Source: Cyanophora paradoxa CCMP329
Lineage: Eukaryota; Plantae; Glaucophyta
Direction: 5' to 3'
DNA length: 64,000 nt
Assembly: GCA_004431415.1 (NCBI GenBank)
Contig: QPMI01000263.1
Coordinates: 48,156-112,155 of the forward strand
Part shown: positions 48,489 through 60,120 of the stretch, piece after piece
How positions within the stretch are numbered: position 1 is the stretch's first letter
How the letters are laid out: the number at the start of each line of letters is the position of its first letter
The notes under the pieces: generated by a model
The model's input: only the letters and a program-made list of their open reading frames with translations
Told to the model about the DNA's origin: nothing
The model's database searches: none
Made by a program: the position numbers and the translations under genes

Positions 48489-49358
48489 CCGCGCTAGAAG
48501 CGTGAGAGGGCGCCCGCCAGCCGGTTGGCCTCGGAGAGGGCACCGATGCTCCCAGTGCTCGCCCCATGCATCGACCCCCCGTCGAGGGGCCTCCGCCTTA
48601 GTCCCTCATCGCTAGTGAGGCGTTTCAATCTCGCTTTTTTTTTCGGCGGCTATTCTCGAGCTCCTCCCCCGCGCACCTTTGCAAGTCTCCATTTTCCGCG
48701 ACACGGTATTTATCACTAGCTGGGGCCTGAAGGCACACGTTATTGCTTTCTTCTCTAAGAAGTGTTCTACACCAGTTTATGATGCTTATAATTAGCTACA
48801 GCTTTAAATTATTTTACGTTGGCCTATTTCGCTGTATCATCTATCGTATTGTTCGCTAGCTGCACAGAACTTGACATCATGGCATAGCTGCTCATAATGA
48901 AGCCATCATACCTGGACGTGACACGCGTACGCCGCGGCGCACTGCGGTACAGCAAACAAACCCGCCCGCGGCCTCTACACTGTGACACGTGCACATCTGT
49001 CAATCACTGATGAGTCATTAAGCCTGAATTCAATGATCATGATTCGAAATTCGAAGCATCAAGCGATCATCATGGCATCCGATATATACTTAAAATGTTA
49101 TCATAGTATACACTGCACGCCGCAGTGCACATGCACATGCATGACTCAGTGACTCGTGATCAGTGACACAGATCCGGAAGGCTGGCGGAAGCATGCGCAT
49201 AGATCACTGAGAGTCAAATTCGTGATGATAATTAATTACCAAGTTACTTGCAGAGATCAGAGAAGCCCGTATAAGTACGCGTACGTGCGCGTATATACGT
49301 AGGCAGCGATTAAGGCGCACACGAAAGCCGCTAAGCTGGCGTCGACGGCAGCCGAACG

Positions 49359-51527
49359 TCAAGTCAGCTTGGCGCGGGCCGAGTCGGCGGCGGCGTGGGA
49401 GGGGTCGAGAGAGCGCGAGCTCGCCACATCACCGTCCCTGTCGCCCTCCTCTTCCCGGCACAGCGCCGCCACCCACGGGTTCTCCCACCTGCGCGGCGCC
49501 GGGGGTGCGCTCGGCGGCAGGCGGAATCAAGGAGGCGCGGGGGGCCAGGGCGCACGTGTGGAGGCCCCAGGGAGGGCGCCCCTCGCTGCGGGAGATGAAG
49601 AGGATGCGGCTGGCGGCGGGGGTGAGGCGGGGCGGGGGGGCCGGGGGCGGGGAGGGCACGAGACGGCGTCGGCCATGTCGATGGAGGGGTCGCCCTCGGC
49701 AACGCGCCCGAGGCCCGGCAGGGGGCCCCGCCCCGCCGAGCGTGCTCGCAGGGGGCCGAAGCGGGGCCGGAGGGCGGGGGGGATGGCGAGGAGGAGGAGG
49801 GCGGCGGAGTCGCAGTCGGGCCCCCCGAGCAGGGGGCGCCCCAGGAGGGCCCCGAACTCGTCGGGGGGCAAGCAGGAGAGGGCGCCCCACGCCGCCTCCG
49901 CCTCCCACAGCGCCCGCCCCAGCACCGCCGCCGCCACCGCCGCACCCTTCCCCGCGTCCGTCAGCCCCGCCGACGGCCCCCGCACGTCAACCGTCTCCCG
50001 CCCCGCCCCCGGCCGCCCGGGCTCCTCCGCCAGTGGTGCGGGCGGCGCCAGCGTGCGCGGCCCGGCGCCCGGCGCCGGCGAGCGCGAGGCGGCGCGGGGC
50101 GCGGGAGAGAGGGAGGGGAGAGGCCGGGGACCGAGGCGCGGCGGGCGGCGGCGGGGACGGGCGCCGCTCGTTGGGGGCCAGCAGCGCTAACGGGACCGCC
50201 GTCAGCGGCTCCGAGCCGCGCCGCCCCGCGCCCGCCCCGGCCGCCCCGACGAGCCCGGCCCGGAGCCGATCCGCGGCGGCCGCGGGTGGCGGGCGGGGAG
50301 GATGGAGAGTCGCTCCGGCGGGCGCGCTCGGGCGCTGATGGGCGGCGTGAGCGCGGGCGGGGCGGGGCGGGGCGGGGAGGGCGGGAGGTAGGGCGGAGAG
50401 GCGGGGCGGGGCGGGCCTGGGGCGTAGAAGACGCGCTTGAAGCCGGCCTCGACGAGCTCGCTCGCCACCAGCCCCGCAAACTGCCGCCCCGGCCCCGCTC
50501 GCACCTCGGCCGCGGGGGGGGGGGGGGGGGGGGGGGGCGGCGAGGAGGTGGGAATGGGTGGCAGGGGAAGGGGGGGGGGGGGGAGCGGATGGGAAGGGGT
50601 GGCGGGTGGGGGTTTGGGGTGGGGGTGGGGCGCCTTGGAGAAGGGCCGCCCGTGGGGCTCGAGCTGGGAGTCCGGGTCGGGCTGCGGGGCCGGCGGGGTC
50701 GGGGCGGGGCGCGGGGCGGCGGGCGCGGGTGCGGGGCGGGCCTGGGCGATGAAGGCGAGGGCGAGCTCGCGGGCGGAGGCGGTGGACTGGCGGGCCACGA
50801 GGAACTGCAGCAGCGCCGCCAGCGGCGCGCTCCGCTTTGCCAGCTCCGGCGGCTCGCTCTCCGAGAGGCCCACAAGAAAGTCCGCCCCGGACACTGCCCC
50901 CGCCCCGCCCCTCGCGCCCCGCGCGCGCGGGGCGGCGGGGCGGCGGGGCGCACGGTCCCCGTCGGCGATGCCGTCGGCGTCGAAGGGGGCGAAGGAGAGG
51001 GCGCCGCGGTCGGCGAGCTCGGAGAGGGCGAGGCCGAGCAGCGCCGGCGCCCACTCTTCCGCCCGCTGCGCGAAGCTTCGGTGGTTCACCTGCCGCAGCG
51101 CTCGGAGGGGCCCCAGGGGCCTGGGCCGGGGCCGGGGCAGGCGGGCGGGGCCGGGGCGCGCCAGGGCGACGAGGGCGGGGAGGGAGAGGCCGGCGCGGAC
51201 GAGGGCCGTGTAGCCCTCGCTGGCGCTGTGCCGGGGCCGCTGGGGCGACGGGGCGCCCGACTCCGCGAAGCGCGGCTCCGAGCTGGAGGCGTGCGCGTTG
51301 GCCGCCAGCCGCGAGCGGAGCAGAGCGCGCAGCGCCTCGAGGTACGGCTGCTGCCCCAGGCTCCAAGGGCAGCCGTGGAGGATCGGAATGGCCTGCACGG
51401 GCGGCGGGGCCGAGGCGCGCCGCAAGCCCATGCCGAGGCTCGCTTTTCGCGGGCGCGGCTCGCTGGTTTGAGCATCGAGCTTGGCTGTTGGCGAAACCTG
51501 CGTCGTCTTCGAGCCTCCTCCACCCAT
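49359..51527 (-). CDS. Hypothetical protein, putatively N-myristoylated, with a GPP34/GOLPH3-like motif; paralogue of 46773-48488
   Basis: Starts MGGGGS. Contains LSLPALVAL|VNHRSFAQRAEEWAPALLGLALSELADRGALSF...APLAALLQFL...VASELVEAGF. Ends WENPW...AKLT*. Confidence 0.65.
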
Positions 51528-51951
51528 CACGCGGCGTTCGAGCCCAGGCCTCCGGCCCAGGCTCCGGGCCTTACCGCGTCACGCGACGGCTCCGAGTGTC
51601 GGGGTCACTGCATAATCGCCGGCGCGCGACGCAGATCGACTACGGGCGAGCTTCTTATGATTACCGGCGGCCGCGAAACTCAGTCGATCTCTTGCTGCCG
51701 GCCACCGGCTGCTAGGAGCGGGCCCCGTTCTGGGAGTGGCGACTGAATTTCCTAACCTCGGGCCTGGTAGAGCGAAAAGAGGGCCCAGCAGGGCTGCCCG
51801 CGAAGTGGGTGGCTGAGTCGCCGAACGATATCGATACCGGTACCGTGGCTGAAGGTTGCTCCGCGTTCGGGGTACGCGACCGTCGTGCCAGCTCGAACCG
51901 GCCTGGCAGTCGCAAACGCGTGCAGTTGCTGAGAAAGCGCAGCCACAAAAG

Positions 51952-54900
51952 ATGGCGCAGCTGGCGAGTGCCAGCAGCGCGGCCACTGCAGCGATCGAAG
52001 AAGAGTGGGCATCGTTTGGGTGGGCGGAGGTCGCTCACCCAAAAGAAGTACTCAATTTCGACTTCAGCTTCAGCAAGGTTCGAGCCCCGCCTCGGACCCA
52101 CGCGCCAGGTGCTACGCCGCGCGTGGGCTCCGAGCCGCTGCAGTCCGCCGGTCCGGTCGCAACGGCGATCCGGGATCACGCCCTGCGCTTCCTGAGCTCC
52201 CCGCACGCACATGATATCCGGTGGCCTCCTAAGCACCCGTCTAATTTTGCCATGCCTTCCGCAGTTGAACGCTGTCCTGATTGCAATCGGCCGCGCTCTT
52301 AAACGCAACAATCTGACGTTTGACAACGTGCGCGCGCGCTACGCTCAACGACAAAGGGGCTGACCGCCCCCCTCAGTTGGCTGCCGTCGTCGATGGGAAG
52401 CCGGACAAGAGCGAAATCGACGGGATCCGCGAGAAGGTCGTCATCATTGAGAAGGCCGTCAGTGACAAGGCGGACAAGAGCGAGGCGCGCGGCCCCTCCC
52501 CCGTCGCCCGATCGCCGGCCCCGCGACGCGCGCGGCGACAGGTTGGGGCGCTGCGAGAACGCCTGGAGGCGCAGGAGCAGAAGCTTGCCGATGCAGAAAA
52601 GGTGCGCTGGGGTGGCGCCCCGGGCCGCCGGGGGCGGGGCCGGAGAGGGGCGCGGCGGGTGCAGGGGCACGCGGAGGCGATGAAGGCGCTCGCCGAGCGG
52701 CTGGCGGGGGTCGAGCAGGCCCAGAAGGACGCCCAGGCGCCCGCCCGCGCTCTCCCCCCTCTCTCCCCTCCCCATCGCCCCGCGCCCGACGCCCGCCCCC
52801 CGCGGTAGGCGCAGCTGGCAGCTCTCCAGGGGCACGGTGCAGCGGCCGCCGCCCCCGCAGCGCCCGTGAACTCCACCTCGGGCGCTCCCGCGGCGTCCAG
52901 CGTCGATGGTGCACCGCACCACGCCGGGGCGCGCGCGGTGCGGCGGGGGGCCGAGGGAGGGGCCGCCCCGCAGGGGAGCGCCTGGGGCGGGTGGAGAGGG
53001 AGCTGGGCGAGCTGCGCGGCGGCGTGGCGGCGCTCGCCTCGAAGAAGGCGCTCGAGGAGGAGACGCGCGCCCTCGCTGCCGCCCTGGACGAGCTCCGCGC
53101 CCAGCTCGCCCAGCTCCCCGCCCCCAAGGTGCCCCCGCCCCGCCCCCCCGCCCCGCGCCGCGGCCTCGGAGCGCAGCGCGACGGGGCGGCAGGAGCTGGA
53201 GCGGGTGCGGGGGGTGGCGGAGGGGCGGCGCCGCTAGCCGACCTGCGGCGCTCGGAGGAGGAGGCGGCGCGCAAGTTCGCCGCCAAGTCCGACCTCGCCC
53301 GCCTCCAGGCGCCCTGCCCCGGCCCCGCCTCACCTCACCCCGCCCTCTGAGCCCCGCCGCCGCGCAGGATGCGATGGCGGCGCTGGCAGCGGCGCAGGCA
53401 GGGCGGGGCCGGGGGAGGGCGCCGGGGCGTCGCCCGCGGAGCTGGCGGCGCTGATGGCGGCCTCTGCGGGCCCGGGGGCGGCGGAGCTCGCCGGCCGCCT
53501 CGAGGAGGGCCTCGCCTCCTGCGCCAAGGTGCCCCGCCCCGGCCCCCGCGCCCCCCGCGCCCCGACCCCGCGCGACGCCGCCGGCAGCTCGCGGATCTGG
53601 ACGCATTGCGGGCGGCCCTCGCGGCGCTCCAGGCCGACGCCGCCGGTGCCGAGCGGCGGGTGCGGGGCGGCGCCGGGCCCGCGAGGGGCGACCCTGAGGG
53701 GCGGGGCGGCAGATCGGCGAGCTCGCGGCGGCCGACGAGCGCGCGCGCGCCGACCTCGACGCCCTCCACCGCGCCCTCGCCGCCCTCGAGGCCCGCCCCG
53801 CTGCCGAGGCCCCCGCCCCGGCCGCCGGCGCCGGCGCCGTGGGGGCCGGCCTGTGGACGGGGTTTCCCGGCGTGGAGCTGGAGGCGATCGCGGGGATCGA
53901 GGCGGCGCTGCTCGAGGCCGGCCGCGAGCTCGTCCGCCTCCAGGCCGCCGCATCCTCCGCTGAACCGGCCGTTTCCTCGTCCGCCGGCCACCCCGCACCT
54001 GCTGATCCCGCTGGAGCTTCCGGCGCCGGGGCGGGTTCCGGTGCCTGGACTGCCGTGCGCGCAGGGGCGGCGCGGCTGCTCGCTCGGCTGGCGTCCATCG
54101 AGGGCGACATAGCCGCTTGCTCCGCCGCCCTCCAGCCTCTCGAGACCGCTGCTGCCGCCGTTGCTGTCGCCGCCGCCACCACCGGAGATTCGCACGGGGC
54201 GGCGGCGCTGAGCGCAGCCGGCCCGCAGCTCGCCGGCTCTCGCCTGCGCCATTGCGGTGTGCACGCGGCCGTCCTCCGCGCGGCGCTGGAGGCGCTGCAG
54301 GGGTCCGGCGTCGGCAGCGGGGTGGGCGGCGCGGGCGCCGCCTCGCCGGAAGTGGCGGAGGCGCTCGAGAAGCTGCGGCGGCGCCTGCGCGAGCTCGAGG
54401 CGCGGCTCGCCGAGCTTGAGAGCGCCGGGCCGCCCCTGCCGGCGGCGGCGGCCGGCGTCTCGCCGGAGCCCGAGACGGCGCGCGTGGCGTCGCCGAAGGC
54501 GTCGGGCGGCTCCGGGGCGAACGCGGCAGCTGCGATCGAGGCGGGGCGGCCGGCGAGCCGAGGCGGGGCGGCGGCGCTGCGGCTCGCGAACGCGCTGCGG
54601 GGCGAGGTGGACGACCTCGGGGGCGGCTGGAGGCGCTTCAGGCCGGGGTGCGGGGCTTGCAGGCCGGCCAGGAGCGCGCCGCCGCCCGCCTCGACGCCGA
54701 GGCCGAGCAGCGCGCCGCCGCCATCGCCGCCCTCCGCGCGTGCGCCCGTCCCTCTTCCCCCGCCGCCGCCGCCCGAACGGCCGCCACCGCAGGGCGCTCG
54801 AGGAGCTTCGATCGCGGCTTACCAAGGCCGAGGCCGACGCCCGCGCCACCGCTGCCGCCGCCGCGCAAAAGGGCGCCGCGGCGGCAGCGGGCGGCGTAGC

Positions 54901-56559
54901 CCCGCCGGCGGCAGCGGGCGGCACGGTCGGCCTCTCCGACATCCACTCGCGCCTCGATGTGCGCCCGCCACGCCGCCGAAGCGCGCCGGGCGGCGGCAGA
55001 GGCGGGGAGTGCGGCAGGGCCTCGGGGCACGGGTGGCGGCGCTGGAGGCGGCGGGACCGGCGCTCCACCTCCACGACGCGATGCCCCTTACGCCCCACAC
55101 GCCCCACGCCCCCGCCCTCGTGCGCGCGGCGCCGCGCCCCCTCCGCAGCTTGGCCGGCCAGCTGCAGGAAGGACCCTGAGCCTCGCTTGCGCAGGGGCCG
55201 GGGGCGACGGGCGCGGAGGAGCTCGCGCGGGCGGTGGCGCGGCTGGAGCACGCCAAGGCTGACACCGCCATGTTCCGCAAGGTTCCGCCCTGCCCCGCCC
55301 CGCCCCGCCCCGCCCCGCCTCGGCGCAGGGGCCGACGCGGCGGCAGCTCGCGGGGGAAACAGCCGATCTGCGGGCTTCCCTCGACGCCCTTCGCGGCCAG
55401 CTCGCGTCCGACGTGCGCCCGCGCGGCCTATACTTCTCAGTCCCTCTCGTGCTCGCCCGACGCCGGCGGGGCGGCAGTTCTCGAGCCTGGCGGCCAAGTC
55501 AGAGATCGACTCACTCCTCCGCGCTCTGGCGAGGCCCCGTGGGCCAGGCCTCGTCCCCGGCGGGCTGACCTCGCCGGCAGGAGGCGCTGCGGGAGTCGGT
55601 GCAGGGGCAGTTGGACCGGAAGCCGTCGCACGAGGAGCTTCGCGAGCTGCGCGACGCCCTTGCTCGCCTCCAGGAGCTCTTCGACAGGTGTGCTCGCCCG
55701 GACGTGCGGCGCGGCGGGTCGTGGCGCTGCGTAGAGGAGCTGGGCTGAGCGGGGGCGGGGCGGGGCGGCGGCAGGCTGCAGGGTGAGGTGCGCGAAGACA
55801 GCGAAGCACGGCGGCGGGCCATTAAGGAGGCCCTCGACCGCCTCCGTCGCCACCTGGAAGACAAAATGTGCGCACTCGGGGGCCGCAACCCTCTTAGCAG
55901 CGTCCAGATTGCCCACTGCCCCTCACTGCCCCACGCAGACACAAGCTGCACGACAACCTCACCCGTACCGATGACACTGACTACACCCGCGTCGGTCCGC
56001 CTGCCTCGCCGCGCAACGCAGCTCGCCGTTCGTGGGGCCCAGCGCAAGTGCAGGACGGGTGCACTACCGGTGCCTGGGGTGCGATCGTCCAACAAAAAAG
56101 ATGATCGGTGTTCCCGTCGAGCACGTCGTCCATGACGCTGTGCGTGTACAACGAGCCCTTCCCTCTGCCCCGCCACTGCCACGTGAGCGAGCTTGGCGAC
56201 AGCTGCCTTTCCGGCCCCCGACGGTGCCGGCGCTGCTCTACGACCACGCCTCGGGACGACCGGCGATCGGCCCGCCCCCGGGTGCGACGATGGGGACTGG
56301 GAGCGGCGCGTCGCCAGCACTGGCCCTGCCGGGCCCCACGAGTCAGTCGATGCTAGCCACTGTCAGCAACTCCACCTCCTCCCTCGATGCGTGCGCCTGC
56401 CCACCTAGGCATCCGTCTGTCCCCAACGCTCCCGACCCGCGAGCGCTGCGCAGGTCCCCCATCAAAGCGATCCGGGGCGCGTCCCCCATTCTGCCTGCTG
56501 TCGTCTCGCCGAGCCGTCTGCCAGGCCCAGGCTTTGCATCCCCGAAGGGTGCTTCCTAG
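51952..56559 (+). CDS. Long coiled-coil protein with KADK/KSD repeats and a C-terminal CxxCDRP motif (DUF4795/QRICH2-like); complete copy 1
   Basis: ATG 51952 (MAQLASASS). Contains KPDKSE, KADKSE, AAKSDL, KADTAM, AAKSEI and GRVHYRCLGCDRPT. TAG at 56557-56559. The family call is from recalled motifs. Confidence 0.6.
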
Positions 56560-56982
56560 CGCAGAGCTCTTACAGGGTCCAGCCTGCCCGCGTGCAAATT
56601 TGCACAGTTCCACCCGCCATGTATAAAAATAACAGAAAACAAGGATACATAAGGTTACACAGATAGTTCGATAGAAATCCGCTCATTTCTATACAATACA
56701 GAACTTTTCGGGGAGAAATAGAAAAGAAGTTGCGGGTACTGCCCTCAGTCTTCCTCTTTGACATAATATCAGGTGTTCGCTAGCTAACCATTCGTAAACG
56801 GCCGATGGCATTGATGCATGCGCAACGGCCAATGGCCAGACTCGTCGCTTACTACGGAACAACATTTACATCGCAAATAAAATCGACGACGACTATCTCT
56901 CGCGACGACAATCCCTGTTTTGAACACACGAGGGTTACCTCGTAAAGCGACCTGGCTTGCTGTGTCCGTGTCGAACTGTGTC

Positions 56983-57124
56983 GAACTGTGCTCTCAAGAT
57001 TCGGGTGCACAATACTATGTGGAACTGTGCTCTCAAGATTCGGGTGCACTATTAATACTATGTTGGACTCTGCTCTCAATGCAAGATTTGGGTGCACAAA
57101 CCTATGTGGAACTGTGCTTTCAAT
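56983..57124 (+). repeat. Minisatellite, ~3.5 copies of a 39-44 bp unit GAACTGTGCTCTCAAGATTCGGGTGCAC(N)ATACTATGTG
   Basis: Units start at ~56983, 57022, 57065 and 57109 inside an AT-rich spacer. Confidence 0.85.
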
Positions 57125-57419
57125 ATACCGCTCAAGAAGTCAGTGATTAATGTTGTTTACTTGCATTATATTACTTACTGTTGTTGATTACTGTTCCTAC
57201 TGTTGAGGCGTTAGAGAGGGGACAAAATAACTGCGCCCACTTTCAAGTTTCGCTTTTGGAAGCGACCAAACAACTTCGCGAAGGACGGGCATGCCGCCGC
57301 CCCTAGCAGGTTGACTGATAACACAGAATCCGCCAAAGTCCGCCAAAATTCCCCTTCAAGGGCCGAAAACCGCCCGTGGAGCGCTTGGCTGGGACGTGCT
57401 GCAGCCAGCAGCGCCAGCA

Positions 57420-60120
57420 GCGCAACGGAGAGGCAGGAGCTGGAGCGGGTGCGGGGGGTGGCGGAGGGGGCGGCGCCGCTAGCCGACCTGCGGCGCTCGG
57501 AGGAGGAGGCGGCGCGCAAGTTCGCCGCCAAGTCCGACCTCGCCCGCCTCCAGGCGCCCCTGCCCCGGCCCCCGCCCCACCTCACCCCGCCCTCTGAGCC
57601 CCGCCGCCGCGCAGGATGCGATGGCGGCGCTGGCAGCGGCGCAGGCAGGGCGGGGGGCGGGGGAGGGCGCCGGGGCGTCGCCCGCGGAGCTGGCGGCGCT
57701 GATGGCGGCCTCTGCGGGCCCGGGGCGGCGGAGCTCGCCGGCCGCCTCGAGGAGGGCCTCGCCTCCTGCGCCAAGGTGCCCCGCCCCGGCCCCGCGCCCC
57801 CGCGCCCGCCCCGCGCGACGCCGCCGGCAGCTCGCGGATCTGGACGCGTTGCGGGCGGCCCTCGCGGCGCTCCAGGCCGACGCCGCCGGTGCCGAGCAGC
57901 GGGTGCGGGGCGGCGCCGGGCCCGCGAGGGGCGACCCTGAGGGGCGGGGCGGCAGATCGGCGAGCTCGCGGCGGCCGACGAGCGCGCGCGCGCCGACCTC
58001 GACGCCCTCCACCGCGCCCTCGCCGCCCTCGAGGCCCGCCCGCTGCCGAGGCCCCGCCCCGGCCGCCGGCGCCGGCGCCGTGGGGGCCGGCCTGTGGGCG
58101 GGGTTTCCCGGCGTGGAGCTGGAGGCGATGGCGGGATCGAGGCGGCGCTGCTCGAGGCCGGCCGCGAGCTCGTCCGCCTCCAGGCCGCCGCATCCTCCGC
58201 TGAACCGGCCGTTTCCTCGTCCGCCGGCCACCCGCACCTGCTGATCCCGCTGGAGCTTCCGGCGCCGGGGCGGGTTCCGGTGCCTGGACTGCCGTGCGCG
58301 CAGGGGCGGCGCGGCTGCTCGCTCGGCTGGCGTCCATCGAGGGCGACATAGCCGCTTGCTCCGCCGCCCTCCAGCCTCTCGAGACCGCTGCTGCCGCCGT
58401 TGCTGTCGCCGCCGCACCACCGGAGATTCGCACGGGGCGGCGGCGCTGGGCGCAGCCGGCCCGCAGCTCGCCGGCTCTCGCCTGCGCCATTGCGGTGTGC
58501 ACGCGGCCGTCCTCCGCGCGGCGCTGGAGGCGCTGCAGGGGTCCGGCGTCGGAGGCGGGGTGGCGGCGCGGGCGCCGCCTCGCCGGAAGTGGCGGAGGCG
58601 CTCGAGAAGCTGCGGCGGCGCCTGCGCGAGCTCGAGGCGCGGCTCGCCGAGCTTGAGAGCGCCGGGCCGCCCCTGCCGGCGGCGGCGGCCGGCGTCTCGC
58701 CGGAGCCCGAGACGGCGCGCGTGGCGTCACCGAGCTTGAGAGCGCCGGGCCGCCCCTGCCGGCGGCGGCGGCCGGCGTCTCGCCGGAGCCCGAGACGGCG
58801 CGCGTGGCGTCGCCGAAGGCGTCGGGCGGCTCCGGGGCGAACGCGGCAGCTGCGATCGAGCGGGGCGGCCGGCGAGCCGAGGCGGGCGGCGGCGCTGCGG
58901 CTCGCGAACGCGCTGCGGGGCGAGGTGGACGACCTCGGGGGCGGCTGGAGGCGCTTCAGGCCGGGTTGCGGGGCTTGCAGGCCGGCCAGGAGCGCGCCGC
59001 CGCCCGCCTCGACGCCGAGGCCGAGCAGCGCGCCGCCGCCATCGCCGCCCTCCGCGCGTGCGCCCGTCCCTCTTCCCCGCCGCCGCCGCCCGACCGGCCG
59101 CCACCGCAGGGCGCTCGAGGAGCTTCGATCGCGGCTTACCAAGGCCGAGGCCGACGCCCGCGCCGCCGCTGCCGCCGCCGCGCAAAAGGGCGCCGCGGCG
59201 GCAGCCGGCGGCGTAGCCCCGCCGGCGCAGCGGGCGGCACGGTCGGCCTCTCCGACATCCACTCGCGCCTCGACGTGCGCCCGCCACGCCGCCGAAGCGC
59301 GCCGGGCGGCGGCAGAGGCGGGGAGTGCGGCAGGGCCTCGGGCACGGGTGGCGGCGCTGGAGGCGGCGGGACCGGCGCTCCACCTCCACGACGCGATGCC
59401 CCTTACGCCCCACACGCCCCACGCCCCGCCCTCGTGCGCGCGGCGCCGCGCCCCCTCCGCAGCTTGGCCGGCCAGCTGCAGGAAGGACCTGAGCCTCGCT
59501 TGCGCAGGGCCGGGGGCGACGGGCGCGGAGGAGCTCGCGCGGGCGGTGGCGCGGCTGGAGCACGCCAAGGCTGACACCGCCATGTTCCGCAAGGTTCCGC
59601 CCTGCCCCGCCCCGCCCCGCCCCGCCCCGCCTCGGCGCAGGGGCCGACGCGGCGGCAGCTCGCGGGGGAAACAGCCGATCTGCGGGCTTCCCTCGACGCC
59701 CTTCGCGGCCAGCTCGCGTCCGACGTGCGCCCGCGCGGCCTATACTTCTCAGTCCCTCTCGTGCTCGCCCGACGCCGGCGGGGCGGCAGTTCTCGAGCCT
59801 GGCGGCCAAGTCAGAGATCGACTCACTCCTCCGCGCTCTGGCGAGGCCCCGTGGGCCAGGCCTCGTCCCCGGCGGGCTGACCTCGCCGGCAGGAGGCGCT
59901 GCGGGAGTCGGTGCAGGGGCAGTTGGACCGGAAGCCGTCGCACGAGGAGCTTCGCGAGCTGCGCGACGCCCTTGCTCGCCTCCAGGAGCTCTTCGACAGG
60001 TGTGCTCGCCCGGACGTGCGGCGCGGCGGGTCGTGGCGCTGCGTAGAGGAGCTGGGCTGAGCGGGGGCGGGGCGGGGCGGCGGCAGGAGCTGGGCTGAGC
60101 GGGGGCGGGGCGGGGCGGCG
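57420..60120 (+). pseudogene. Partial copy 2 of the coiled-coil gene (matches ~53175-55775), truncated at both ends
   Basis: Near-identical to copy 1 including introns. Has many 1-bp indels and an extra 83-bp tandem duplication (units at 58649 and 58732). Confidence 0.75.

Noticed and set aside
50500-50640. Long G homopolymer runs as telomeric or special repeats
   Set aside because: They are the antisense of C-rich intron or proline-rich tracts of the minus-strand gene, and homopolymer lengths are unreliable.
56983-57124. CRISPR-like appearance of the ~40-bp repeats
   Set aside because: The sequences between repeat cores are near-identical rather than unique spacers, there are no cas genes, and the context is eukaryotic.
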